Assembly: GCA_030141605.1 (NCBI GenBank) | Contig: JAQGDQ010000201.1 | Coordinates: 186,001 to 250,000 of the forward strand | Direction of reading: 5' to 3' | DNA length: 64,000 nucleotides | Source of the DNA: Tubiluchus corallicola | Taxonomy: Eukaryota > Animalia > Priapulida | Shown: positions 14,086-25,859 of the stretch, piece after piece | Layout: the number at the start of each line of letters is the position of its first letter | Position numbering within the stretch: the stretch's first letter is position 1 | Position numbers and translations under genes: made by a program | Notes under the pieces: generated by a model | Database searches by the model: none | Told to the model about the DNA's origin: nothing | What the model saw: the letters and a program-made list of their open reading frames with translations, nothing else

Positions 14086-14811
14086 ATGTTAGGCCTGATT
14101 GCTTTGCTTATTTTGTGTGTAAAAGCCGAAATTGAAATGGATTTTACTGGATGTTCTGAGACGAAAGGATGTTATCGTAAGGGAAAACAAGGCTGCAGCG
14201 CTTCTACATGTGAAGTTGCTGCTATCTGGACGCGCGATGGTGATGATGTTCAAGACAAAGCTGTTGACAAAGATACCACATACACAATTAAACTTAGCGC
14301 TAAAGCAAAAGGTTGGATTTCTATCGGCTTCTCAAACGAAGACAAAATAATGGGGAAGGATGACGTTTACGCGTGCGTTCGTCAACGAAACTCATCATCA
14401 GTTATATTTCAACGTTACTTTAATCCTGTGCGTTTGTATTCCAGACCGGTGATGCAAAAAGAGAAAAAATTCCAAACTATGCTTTATTTCGCCGGCTCAT
14501 ATGTAGACGGTAGAATCATGTGCGAGTTTAGAACGCCTTGCTGGTATGTGGAGTATTTAAACGGCTCAGTAACTACCTACGATTTGAACAAACCTTTTTT
14601 TCACCTTTATGCCGTTGGCAATGTAGTTGGTATGGACGAGTATGGCGTGCCTATAATTGAAAAGCATGAAGCCAGGTACCCAGCAAAGACACTACGTCCT
14701 GTTTGGCTACATATATACACTAACGAATTAGATGGAACATCCCTTGTTACTCTCGCGATGCCAGTAAAATTGTTTTACGTGTTTCTAATTCTGAAGTTTT
14801 TTATAACTTGA
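14086..14811 (+). CDS. Intronless secreted/membrane-anchored DOMON-domain protein (ferric-chelate reductase FRRS1/FRRS1L-like), 241 aa
   Basis: Signal peptide MLGLIALLILCVKA; GCSETKGCYR motif; GWISIGFS..KIMGKDDVYAC; DGRIMCEFR; YDLNKPFFHLYAVG; IEKH; hydrophobic C-terminal tail (GPI signal or TM). Confidence 0.85.
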   Translation: MLGLIALLILCVKAEIEMDFTGCSETKGCYRKGKQGCSASTCEVAAIWTRDGDDVQDKAVDKDTTYTIKLSAKAKGWISIGFSNEDKIMGKDDVYACVRQRNSSSVIFQRYFNPVRLYSRPVMQKEKKFQTMLYFAGSYVDGRIMCEFRTPCWYVEYLNGSVTTYDLNKPFFHLYAVGNVVGMDEYGVPIIEKHEARYPAKTLRPVWLHIYTNELDGTSLVTLAMPVKLFYVFLILKFFIT

Positions 14812-15253
14812 CAGTGTGGAATTACAAATTGCTATGTAGACAATGTATCTTATCAGCAGTTTGACTGTTGCATTATTTAAATATAAATATATTACGTCAG
14901 TTGAAAGCAACATTAGAACGTGCATTAAGAATTATTTTAAATCAACTAATAATAAAACCATTTATTTAGGCCTATACATTTTGACCTAAAAACTTTTCTT
15001 CGATTATCAGACATATTGTCAAAAACGTTATTAAGCTAATTAAGCTAAGAAAATGTTTATATATAGGAAAACGGTTGTAATATAGCAACAATAATAATTT
15101 TCATTTTTAGGCGTTATTGTATACATGTGCTAGTTTACTGGGAGAGCTCTCATAATGCTTTTAAGCTTTTTGAGCTTTTTCAATGAAGTTGATACAATTT
15201 TATCAATTTCAAATCTAAAAACATAATTTTATTAAACGTGATCCAGAGTTTTC

Positions 15254-15834
15254 TCATTTTGAACCATTATAAAAGTTACAGTAGCGTTGACTGTTGTCAA
15301 CAAAAAAAAATCGATGGTCATCTTAAATTTTACTTATTCCTAACATTACATGTATGTGCTGACAAACAAGCACATTTTAATTGGAAATTTCGTGAGCTTT
15401 TTCATAGCTCATGAATAAAAAGCATCTTTCATAATTTTAATGACTGACAGAGTTGATCAAACAGTCAAATAGCTTCTTTGCCCTTTTTTATTGAGTTGAT
15501 ATAATTGCTGTAAATACCGACTCGTTAATGAAAAACCTAGTGTTCATTTTGAACCATTATAAAAGTTACAGTAGCGTTGACTGTTGTCAACAAAAAAAAA
15601 TCGATGGTCATCTTAAATTTTACTTATTCCTAACATTACATGTATGTGCTGACAAACAAGCACATTTTAATTGGAAATTTCGTGAGCTTTTTCATAGCTC
15701 ATGAATAAAAAGCATCTTTCATAATTTTAATGACTGACAGAGTTGATCAAACAGTCAAATAGCTTCTTTGCCCTTTTTTATTGAGTTGATATAATTGCTG
15801 TAAATACCGACTCGTTAATGAAAAACCTAGTGTT
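15254..15834. repeat. Two-copy 290-bp tandem duplication
   Basis: 15254-15543 is repeated at 15544-15833 with no differences seen by eye (tcattttgaaccattataaaagttacag...aaaacctagtgt). Confidence 0.95.
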
Positions 15835-15888
15835 ACTCGTGGAGGCTAAGAAAATATCACAGTAAAAGCCAGCGGTTCTTCAACACAT

Positions 15889-18800
15889 TCACACTGTACT
15901 ATCAACAATGAGTTTTGACTGACTCCCCATGCTTAATGGTGACCTCTTGCCTAGATTTGATGGTTCACCCCATGCTGGAGTGAGTAAACGATCAGGATTT
16001 GGTTGTAGCGCAGGGGGCGGCAAAGATGGTGGCCTGTTAGGCGATGCGCCCGAACGCCGATTTTGTCTTCCACCCACAGCAGACTGTTGAGTTGGCTCAC
16101 TAAGTTTACTTTCTGAGTCTATCCTACTCTGATCACGTTCTTCCTTGCTCTTGTCGCATGTGTTTAGAGAGGTCTCTTTTTCAGCATTCTCGTTGGTTTT
16201 ACCCGGCTGATCCACCTCGTCATCTTCTATGATACCTATCTGTTTTCCCAACCATTCAAATTTCTGGATAATCTCAGCTTGCATGAGACTGAAGGACATT
16301 GACAGCAACGCCAAGCCCAAGAATATGTACACAGAACTGAGAATGGTTTCCCAGTAGTTGTCGGCTTGTCCGGACGTAGAACCTGGCACAAAATCGCCAA
16401 ACCCAATAGTACTCAAGGTGGTAAATGCATAATACGCGGCAATGACCATATCCCACTCCGCTTCCCAATAATCAAAAAGAACAGCACCTAGCAGCACATA
16501 AGAACCAATAATGACTAAGGTGAGCATGACAGGTACTGACATTTGATCCATGGGATCTCCAGACAATGATTCGTCTAATACTAGCATGTTATCCTCTTCA
16601 AGCTTTTCTCTGGCTTTCTCTGCTTCATGCTGCCGCTCAAGAGCTTGCAATCTCAACCGCTCCTTTCTCGTCATAGGTCCCTTTTTGCTTTTCAGTTTTT
16701 CTATTTGTTCTTCTGTTTCCAAAGCTGTGCTGCTAGTTGGTTTTTCCACGTGTGGGTGTTGATTCTGAAGGCTTTCGTACTGTCCACGCAGTCGTTTCCG
16801 GTTGCATAGGTAGCAGCACATGCGAGCATATAAGTATCGAGTAACCTGAGCCATCGAGTCACCAACGCTACCCAAAAACATAATCATCAGTGGAATACCT
16901 AAGAAACCATATGGTATGACAACAAGTCTTCCCCAGTCTGTCTTTGGTGTTATATGTCCATAACCTAAAATGTGAAAGCAAACAATTATAAAATTTTCCT
17001 TTAAGCTATAACAAATCCCAGTAAGTTTGCAAGTCGTTATTTACGCTTCTTCGAATTATATTTGTGGTTCGCTTAGTAGTCATTTTCTGTTTATATTATT
17101 CTTTCATGATTGTCAGAAATAAACCGATGGCTCATTAATTGAAATCATTATTATCGAAAACTTTCTCTATGTTTTTTCTTCATTGGTTTCCAAGTTCAAT
17201 ATAAATAGTTGATTTAAGAACATACATTTAAGCCAAGTTTAGGCCGACCTGTGACGCGAGGCAGCTCTCCTTAATTGACAAGAAATAGTCGTAGACACAC
17301 ACTGGTCGACTATGAGTGATTTCCAGCAGCTAGAAAGGTACGAGTTCTCCGAGCTCCAACACTGCTCAGGTCGAAGGCGAGTGAGCGTAAGCGAATGAAA
17401 AAAATCTCTGACCATGGTCGACCAGACCACGAAACCAAACAACATCACTCAGGTTAAAACTGGGCGGATACCGTATGCCGCGAATAGAACATGAACAACT
17501 CGCTGGAACTGACTTGCTTTATGTTGCGTCGTAAGCTTGCTTGTGACGACGGATATACACTCGGAACTAGCGGTCGTATGCCGCCAGCAAGGCCGCTTCA
17601 AAACACCGTCTTTTGAAGGGACCTTGGCCGCGTTGCGTCGCAAGGTCGACCTAAGCCTGCCTTGAGAGGACTTCGACTTACCTATAGTAGTTATAATAGT
17701 AATGACAAACAGTATTGTATTAGCTACTTCCCAGTCATCCCTCCCTCTCTCGTTGGTGCCGTCATACTTTAATTCTTCATCTAACACAGCTGCGCTGATG
17801 TTGTGTCGCAACTCTTCCAGTTTCTACAAAAAGTTGAAAGCAACTCATGTGAAGTTGAACTTGAGAGCACAAGTTAAAATCAAAAATTGGAAACAAGTTG
17901 GAAACAATAGCAGATTATATTGGCATTTGGCCAAACTTGAACTCTGGAAGACATTTCAAGACACGTGTATGTGAACAGTTAGGCCTACCTATACATACAT
18001 ACAACTACTGTGGTTAAAATTTGCTCACCTGTAGGTGAGTTTTGATAGGCCGTGACAAAATGGCAAAGGGTCACAAAATTTCACCATTATAAGTATTTAA
18101 TCAATAAACGAAGACTTGGTTTGTTGTTGCAATTGGTAGACTTTTGTGGTAATTGTGTCAATTTCAATGCCATTAAATTTCTCAGCATTGCTTTTGTATG
18201 TTTTTTGTTGAATACGTACCACATTTGAAGCATTCCTCCATGCTTTTCCGTCTGCTGAATCGTACAGGTTTAATGTCTGACTATCTGCGTAAATTTCGGC
18301 AATTGTTAAATTTTGTAGTTGAAGTATCTCTAGTGAATATTCCATCTTTGCTGCTTTACGTAAATCTTCTGCTGGTTTTTCTGAATATAAATGAGACATA
18401 TGACAAATAAAATTTCTTTTCTCTTAAGCTGCATAATTATATTGACTGATTACATACCTATAGACATGGAATTATTTGTGCTACGTTAATAGCTTGTTAG
18501 ACACCAACTACACAATGCCAATTTAAGTAGCTTAAAACTACTATAATTACTATTTCACTATAAATTTCATATGAGAATTGCACTAACGTAGTTATGCCTC
18601 ACATTTGAAAAGTTGTACGTCAAGCCTTTGAATAAATTTGGGGTAAAAATTCTAAATATAATCAACAAAAACACCGACAAATATCAATAAAGAAAAGATC
18701 GACAGTGATTTTTAGATTTTTGGATTAAAAGTTTTAACGTTTAGATTTAATTTTTCTCCGACCATTGACCAGGCTTTACTTTGGTGGACAAATAGGACTG

Positions 18801-19250
18801 GTTTTAATAGGCTAATACAATACACTTTATTTTCGTACCTATTGCAATGAACATTGCAGTGCCTATGGCGCAGTACGCTGCTACTGCTAGAAATAAACCA
18901 ACACTGGACAGAACAACCTTTAACACTTTCTTCCACATGGGCTTAGGAGGTTCTACTTCTGTGACGTCCTGCTCATACCCTCCAGCAGTATCTCCTGTAT
19001 GTTGTGGTCCATATGGCTGTTGTGGTGGTTGGTTGAAGTACGGAGAATCTCTCTGGTTTTGTGGTGCATACGGCTGTACGGGTGGGTGATTATAAAAAGC
19101 AGAACCTGTTTGCTCTTGTGGCGCTTGTTGCAGTGACTGATTGTAGTAAGTAAAATTTAAGTTGTTTGAACTGGGAAGTTCCTGCGATGACGTCACGTTT
19201 GCATCCATTTGCCCTGGTCTAATTTCTTCGCCTGATCCTGAATTATACAT
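15889..19250 (-). CDS. Two-pore-domain potassium channel (K2P/TWIK family, KCNK18-like), paralogue A, ~596 aa
   Basis: Exons 19250-18839, 18380-18220, 17823-17682 and 16964-15889 (1791 nt). M1 followed by EKPAE; P1 TIITTIG|YGHITPKT; P2 TTLSTIGFGDFVP; four TM helices. Confidence 0.93.
17242..17651. mobile_element. PIF/Harbinger-type MITE in a K2P-A intron
   Basis: Left TIR ggccgacctgtgacgcgaggcagc versus reverse complement of the right end ggtcgaccttgcgacgcaacgcggc; flanked by TTA and TAA; GC-rich relative to the intron. Confidence 0.75.
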
Positions 19251-20529
19251 CTGCTAATAAAAAAGCAAAAATATGTTACTTAGAATAGCCTATATTTTCT
19301 AGCCTAAAAGTAAAGTGTATTTATTTCGCCAAACAAAACACAACATCAGAAATAGCTAAAGTCAACACATGTAACGTTTAGCTTTAAAAATGAAGAGACA
19401 CTCACTGTCTGCACACAGTGATGAATCAGGGACACAATCAGTAATCAGACGCTTGTGAATAATTTAATATGCTGATATCAAGAAGATTCGTTCTTTGTTC
19501 AGCAAATCATTATATGCATAATTGATTTTGCTTCTTCATATTCTCATGAAATCAACATTTAGTTCCTCGAAAACTAAAAAAACATTGCTGGAATTTTAAA
19601 CTTTCATTATGGTGATTAATCAATATATGTATGTCTATTAATACCATTAGATTCGTTAGACTAATCGTTAGAAAATTAGTTCATGATTTTTTTATTTCAG
19701 GCACAAATTTGAAAACTAAAATTATAGCAAGTCAAAACTGTCTCGGGAGCAATCCGTACTCCATCATTGTCCTTTCGTCATTGTCGTCATTACTATTATC
19801 AGCATTATCATAATCTTCATCGCAACCTGCAACTCAGCAGTTAAAAATTTAATAATTTTGTTTAATATAATCTGTTTTGCGCTATAGTATTTAGATTGAT
19901 TGGACGTCATTGCACGACACACCTTCGGCTAATGAATCAAGCTACTTTCACCGATAACAAAAAATGACTACTGGTCGTTGACCGATCACTGATCGACAGC
20001 AACCCGCAAAAATCCACACAGAATTTTTCATTACATTTTTAACAAAGTTAGCAAGCTAATTTTGAAATAAACTTGCATTGTTTTTCCATTTGCGGTAAAC
20101 AAGAACGAAATCATTTGCGATAATAACAAGACCATTCGTGAAAAACAAAATTATCACCTTACACCAAAACCTTTAGTGTAAACGCACGTTTGCCTAACCA
20201 CATCAATTATTCCATCGTCTGAGCAAGTTGTTTTCGCTTAAGATTCGGCAAACCAACAATACCCTAAAATTTATTGAGTTTTTCATTTCACAAAGTTCTA
20301 TAGTTTACAACATCTATGAAACTGCAGATATATTGATTGAGTGTACACTATTTTACATGTTGCTAGCTTGCACTGCATTCTAGTTAATCATTGATCACTC
20401 ACTGGCTTTGTGTTGCTAAGCTTCGCATGTAGTCATTGGTTGCGAATGCATCAGCTTCACCGATTGATCAAAGAAAGCCTCAAAAAGTTATTGGACGTGA
20501 CAACGCAAGAGAGTCAAAAGGTGACTGCA

Positions 20530-20537
20530 TGACGTCA
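20530..20537. promoter_or_regulatory. Palindromic CRE-like site in a CpG-rich patch upstream of K2P-A
   Basis: TGACGTCA, with nearby TGACG/CGTCA half-sites (about 20571-20587). Motif only, no functional evidence. Confidence 0.25.
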
Positions 20538-21164
20538 CGTCCGCACTACATCTCTGTAGGCGTCTTGATATGACGTCTGTAGCGTCACCTGACCGGAAAA
20601 ATCGGCACTGAAGTTAGGCAACAGTGACTCTAAGACGTTTTTGGCTGGCTAACTTATCTAGTTCCAAATATAATATGCATCATTAAAGCAGAGTGCCCTT
20701 TGAACACTTATTATTATATGATCCTGCTCTTCTCTGCTGTTTTCACAGATCACTCGTAGAAGTGCTGTACTTTCTATTTAAAAATAGTTAGTTATGATTA
20801 CTGAGTATAAAGACGAAAGGTCAATGATCAACTGTTAAAGGTCGTCTATAGTTTTTCATCCGTCTGACCTACCAGAGAAATATGACCACAAAATCTGGAG
20901 TGTCTAGAAAATGACTAATAGATATCATCAAGCTTAATGAGGTTATTCAACTTAAACTGAGTTGATAAATTTGGAGATTAAGGTTTGAAGCCTACCACCT
21001 CTGTATAGCTGTTCATTCAGGGTAGTGTCTAGCTCTAGAATGATTTCGATGTTAATAGTATCAAATGTGAAGAGAATGTTTACTTTAAATTTTTCTCTAC
21101 CTGACATGAGTATGAATATAAATAATAATATATGAACGTGCACAGCAGTAGAAACCTATCGCTA

Positions 21165-21748
21165 ATTCTGTCCGCTAGAGACACGACTTCAAAATCAACA
21201 GACAGAGTATTTTTAACGGAAGCCTTTTTGTTTTTAACAGAAATGTTTTTAAGAATAACAAATACTGTATGCCGCGGACTAAATAAACGTTTTTTAAGAA
21301 TAATAAATGTGTTGCGAACTACTAAAAAGTTTCTCAAGAATAACAATTAAGTTGCGAACTACGTAAAAGTTTTCTAAGAATAATAAATAAGCTGCGAAGT
21401 ACGTGAAAGCTTCTTAAGAATAACAAATAAACTGCTAACTACATTACAGTTACCTAAGATTAATAAACAAATGCGGACTACATAAAAGTTTCTTAAGAAT
21501 AATAAATAAGCTGTGGACTACAAAACTTTCTTAAGAATAATAAATCAACTGCGAATCACATAATTTCCTAAGAATAATAAATAAGCTGCGGACTACGTGA
21601 AAAATAAGTGTGGTTATCTTTTCAGACATTTAATGAAAAATGTGATTTTATTTTTCTACGAACCAGTTCTCGGTTTGAGTCCGGGAATGCCTAAAAAGCA
21701 GGTTATTTGTAGAGATAGGAATTGAAATGGTCCTCATGCGGACAGAAT
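21165..21748. repeat. About 9 copies of a ~39-bp minisatellite (21250-21600) bracketed by an 11-bp inverted repeat
   Basis: Unit approximately ttaagaataataaataagctgcggactacgtaaaagttt; attctgtccgc at 21165-21175 and gcggacagaat at 21738-21748. Confidence 0.8.
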
Positions 21749-21896
21749 AAGCCTGGTTACGGCAAGAAACAAAATTAAACAAACAAATACATATATACAA
21801 GTATGTGTTTCGAGCTTTGTAAGTTTTATGCCGCTAGAATCTGATGAAGCTTTTATTTCCGTTGGAATAAAAATGAAAGCTTTTACTTTTTACATA

Positions 21897-22680
21897 CCTG
21901 CCGGCGCAAAAGAATGTGCCGAAGTTTTGAACACGATATTATAAAAACAAAATAACAGAATCAATTGAAAATTCCCATACTGGTGTTACAGACGCTTATG
22001 TATAAACACCAAAAATCTTAAGTCATTCCCTTGGATTTTTTCCAAAGATACAGAAGTTTTAAAAGCTATTAGTCAGAAAAATAAACGCAGAAAAAAATTG
22101 TTTGTCACTATTATTAAAATTTACAGCAAGTACTCTGCCCACTATTTTCACTGCAAACTAGACGAAGACATTTCTTCCAGCAGCTTACACAGATTCGCAC
22201 TTCTTTAAAGAGCATTTGGTCTCAACATTCAATATTTTTTCCTTTCCTCTGAAACAAACGGCTCTGTGCGGCCATTGTATACTTTCTCTTTAAGGGAATT
22301 CCAGATACCGTAATCCAGAGGATTAAGTCCCATTTTTTTCTTGGCAACAAATCTTTGTCAATGCTTTCTTTTTTCTGTTTATGACCGCAAACCTGATAAA
22401 GAGGTTGGTTCTTTTATTGTTTTGCTCCATGTACTGAGTGCTTTATACGTTACTAAACGTTACTGTTTTTATTTGATGTTTATCTAACATTGTTCCGGCA
22501 TTTAATTTTTTAACATGCAAAAATGGTTTGTGGTTGTTACTTAAAACCAAGTAAAAGTATTTTAACTGCGAAAAGTTATTGTATCGTAATACCATGCTGT
22601 GAAGTTTCAACTTTGTGGAACACTATCTTCTAATATTATTGTAGTCTAAACGTCGGCACATTTTTCTGCACCACCCAACG
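21897..22680 (-). mobile_element. Tc1/mariner-superfamily deletion derivative with transposase remnant
   Basis: Imperfect TIRs (...gcgcaaaagaatgtgccgaagttt versus ...gtgcagaaaaaatgtgccgacgttt) flanked by TA. Minus-strand remnant DLNPLDYGIWNSLKEKVY (about 22280-22335), matching the SPDLNPLDY motif of DDxD mariner-like transposases. Confidence 0.85.
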
Positions 22681-24529
22681 TATAGTCCTTCCCCACCAAG
22701 AGAAATAGCCGGAGATACTGTGACAGATGAACACATCTAGAAAAAAACCCATTTACTAAACATATTAGGCACAGTTTAACTGTTTCTTCAGCTATTCCCC
22801 TCGGACGTAACTAACTTGATGCAAAGCATCACATTTATAACAACTTACTTAAGTTTCAACTATGGTACACTGATCAGTAAATTCGGTGGAGCTAAAGTTA
22901 AATCACTGAGAAATTTGTTTGGATCGATTCAAGCGCTTTATTCTGATAGTTTGGCCGCTTAGCAACTAATAAATGAACAGGCCGTAGTCAAGCGTAGAAA
23001 TATTATACATTAGCTCAATCGTATATTTCAATGTATATGCACCACTTCATTCACCAATCTTAATCCCCCTAACAACTACGCCAGGGAAACGCTAAAGCTA
23101 ATTGCGCACGCGTATTGCATTTTTTCACATTTTGTGACAATCCAAAATCCTAAAAAAGATTGTTTGTAATCTTCGCTGGAATGATGAACGATAGTGTATT
23201 TTAATGTGTTCTGATTACTAGGGTGAAGGCCATTAAGTGAATGTAATTATCAGTTAAATCAAAACAGGTAAAACATGTTAGTTTATATGATTTATGATAA
23301 TTGGTTTACAAATAATTAAATACTTTTTGTAATTTATTGACTGTCTAAAGAAATGTAATGAAAGCGTCATCATATTATTAAAATTGTAACTATGTTTTAT
23401 ATGCTTGTTTTGTTGTAATTGTGATTGTTATATGGTACTATAAAAATGTAACTTTATGCGTGATTGTTTGACGAATGGCTTCCAACGAAATTAAGTGTGC
23501 TGGTTAATAACAATTACTGATCATAGCAATCAGAGCAGCTGCGCATTAAACGAAATTGGCTTCGTCAAAAGATTTTGCTTTCTAAAAACTAAAGCTGTGC
23601 AGAAAGAGCAAGGACATCGAATGGCCAGAAGGCGAACAAAATTAAATAAAGGTGACGTCCAACTTATAGTAAATCAGGTGGAACATTCTAAGCATATACA
23701 TATATGTTGTGTATGTATAGACAGATATAGACATATCAAAATTTAAAAGACAGAAGAAAATCGCGACGACTTTTTAATAAGTTAACGGAAGGATAAGGTC
23801 TATAGGCCCTAACTGCCGCAATATTTTTGTCACATGCTGAAAATACATACCGAAACGTTGTTTTAAACACTCAGGGCCTAATTATAAAGTACATAGATGT
23901 TTGTTATTATTTCCCTGAATGCCTATGTATAGCTAGATATAAGAAAAGTATTTTGCATTACTGTTGTGTAATATTGGTGCCTGTAATACTACTTGCATTT
24001 CATTTTGCTAAAAGTTTTTTAACATGCACCCAATTTGTATTTTCATCACTGATGTAGCAGTAAAGAACATGCCTTATTATGGACTAACTTCTTACATCTA
24101 GCCTGTAACTTGTAATCATATTATAACAATCTTCTTATTATGGTCAGAAAATGACATACATACCTAATGGCGTAAAATGCAATATGAAACACTATATAGT
24201 AGTTCTGTTTCACTTCTTGTTGAGTGCACGCCTGTACACGCACCTTTGTGTATGCATATACGAGTAAACATGTGTGAATATCATACAGCGTGTGTGTGCG
24301 TGCATGCGCAATTGTGCGTGGATGTGCGCGCGTGAATGGCGTGATATACCACTAGTATTGTGGTGTGATATTGAGTACTAGTATTTCTCAAAAATTTAAA
24401 TATTTTGAGAAAAAAGTTGAAGGTTGTACTGGAGTTCCTATTATCAAGAGTGTGTGTGCATGCTAGATCTGCGTGATGAATTAATTCATCTTTAGGTCTC
24501 TGCAGATGGAGTTAATTTTTTAATAATAT

Positions 24530-25200
24530 TTTTGACAAATACGCTTTCGGTGAATATTCAGATGTCGTTTTATTAGATTTAAGGACATATACACTGTAAG
24601 TCACCAAAGGTTAATTATTGAGAATTATGAAAACGTTGGCGTCATAACTTAAGAACTGGTATTGTTTTCATATTACCCGTAATGACGGGAACAGTGCACT
24701 GTTATTGGTTATATATTGACCTTGGCAAGGTGCCTGTGGGGGTATCACAAAACTCCGTTCCTTATAATGTTTTACTGACATTTCATATGGTACACTAACA
24801 CCTAAGTAAAGTTTATATTAAGCTGTATGATACAGCTGTGATGTCACCTATGTCATCCTCGAATTGCTTGACTACTCTTGAAATTGAATATGGCGATATA
24901 TTAGATTTTAACAGAACTAGAACAATATTGTTTGGAACAGGTAGAAAACAAAAAAAATATTAATGAGTTTAATGTGCCACTACACAAACCATTACTCAAA
25001 TTGAAATTGTTAGCAGTTATGTTCAATAATATACCCATAGAACTTTGTATATTACATATGGCACAACCCGATTGAGCACAGTGCTCGTTTGCAACAGAAG
25101 GTCCTGTGTTAAGAGGCAACGATTAGATACTTACGCAACGAATTGTTTAGATGAGGTTGCAAACTTCCCAGCCTGAATACTATAGATGGAATCACATTAA
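24530..25200 (+). mobile_element. Highly decayed CR1/L2-type LINE reverse-transcriptase fragment
   Basis: Collinear degenerate motifs across frameshifts: VVLLDL..TVSH, REQCTVIG, VPVGVSQNSV (compare GVPQGSV), and TILFG. Confidence 0.55.
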
Positions 25201-25859
25201 CACACATAGCTTAAATTGGGTTATTTAATATACGCTAAACATTAGCGTTGACACAACTCCATTAAATTAAGATAATGTTATGCATTAGTGTAAATTTTAC
25301 CTCCAATGGTTAAAGGTACTCAATTTAAAGATTTTATCATTTTAACAACATGCATATCACGTACTGTTCAGTTAAACACAATTCTAACAACTTTGTTCTG
25401 AAATATTTTTTAACTTTGCCAAAAAGTGTACTTCCGGCATTGTGATAAAGCGTATCAGCCTAACCAAAGCGAGGTACAATGAGACCATTGCAGACAGAAA
25501 GGGCGGTTTCTCGGTTTAAACAAGACCTAGTCCTATTGAAGAAAAGCTATGCTATAGGCTTCAAATCTCTCCAACTTTGGCAGCAGTGAGTAACGTCTTT
25601 CTGCTATCGTGTAGCTGAAACGAGAAGCCACTGAATTATTTACAGGAAATAGATTAACATCAACAACCGCTCTGCAAACTATGCTGGGTTATGTGTTAAT
25701 AAAAGAAGCAAGTCAAGCTTATGGTTTTAGTTTACCATGCTACTTTTTCTAATGAATAAGTGCTTAAACTGGAGCTTTGTGCGCTAATATAAGACGTTAA
25801 AAGCGCGTATTCTCGTTGAGAAAATGTGTTAACTTTAAAAGATAGTCAAATCAACCACA

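Noticed and set aside
21250-21600. CRISPR-like appearance of regularly spaced repeats (also 40453-40782)
   Set aside because: Units are contiguous and degenerate with no unique spacers, there are no cas genes, and the context is eukaryotic; these are minisatellites.
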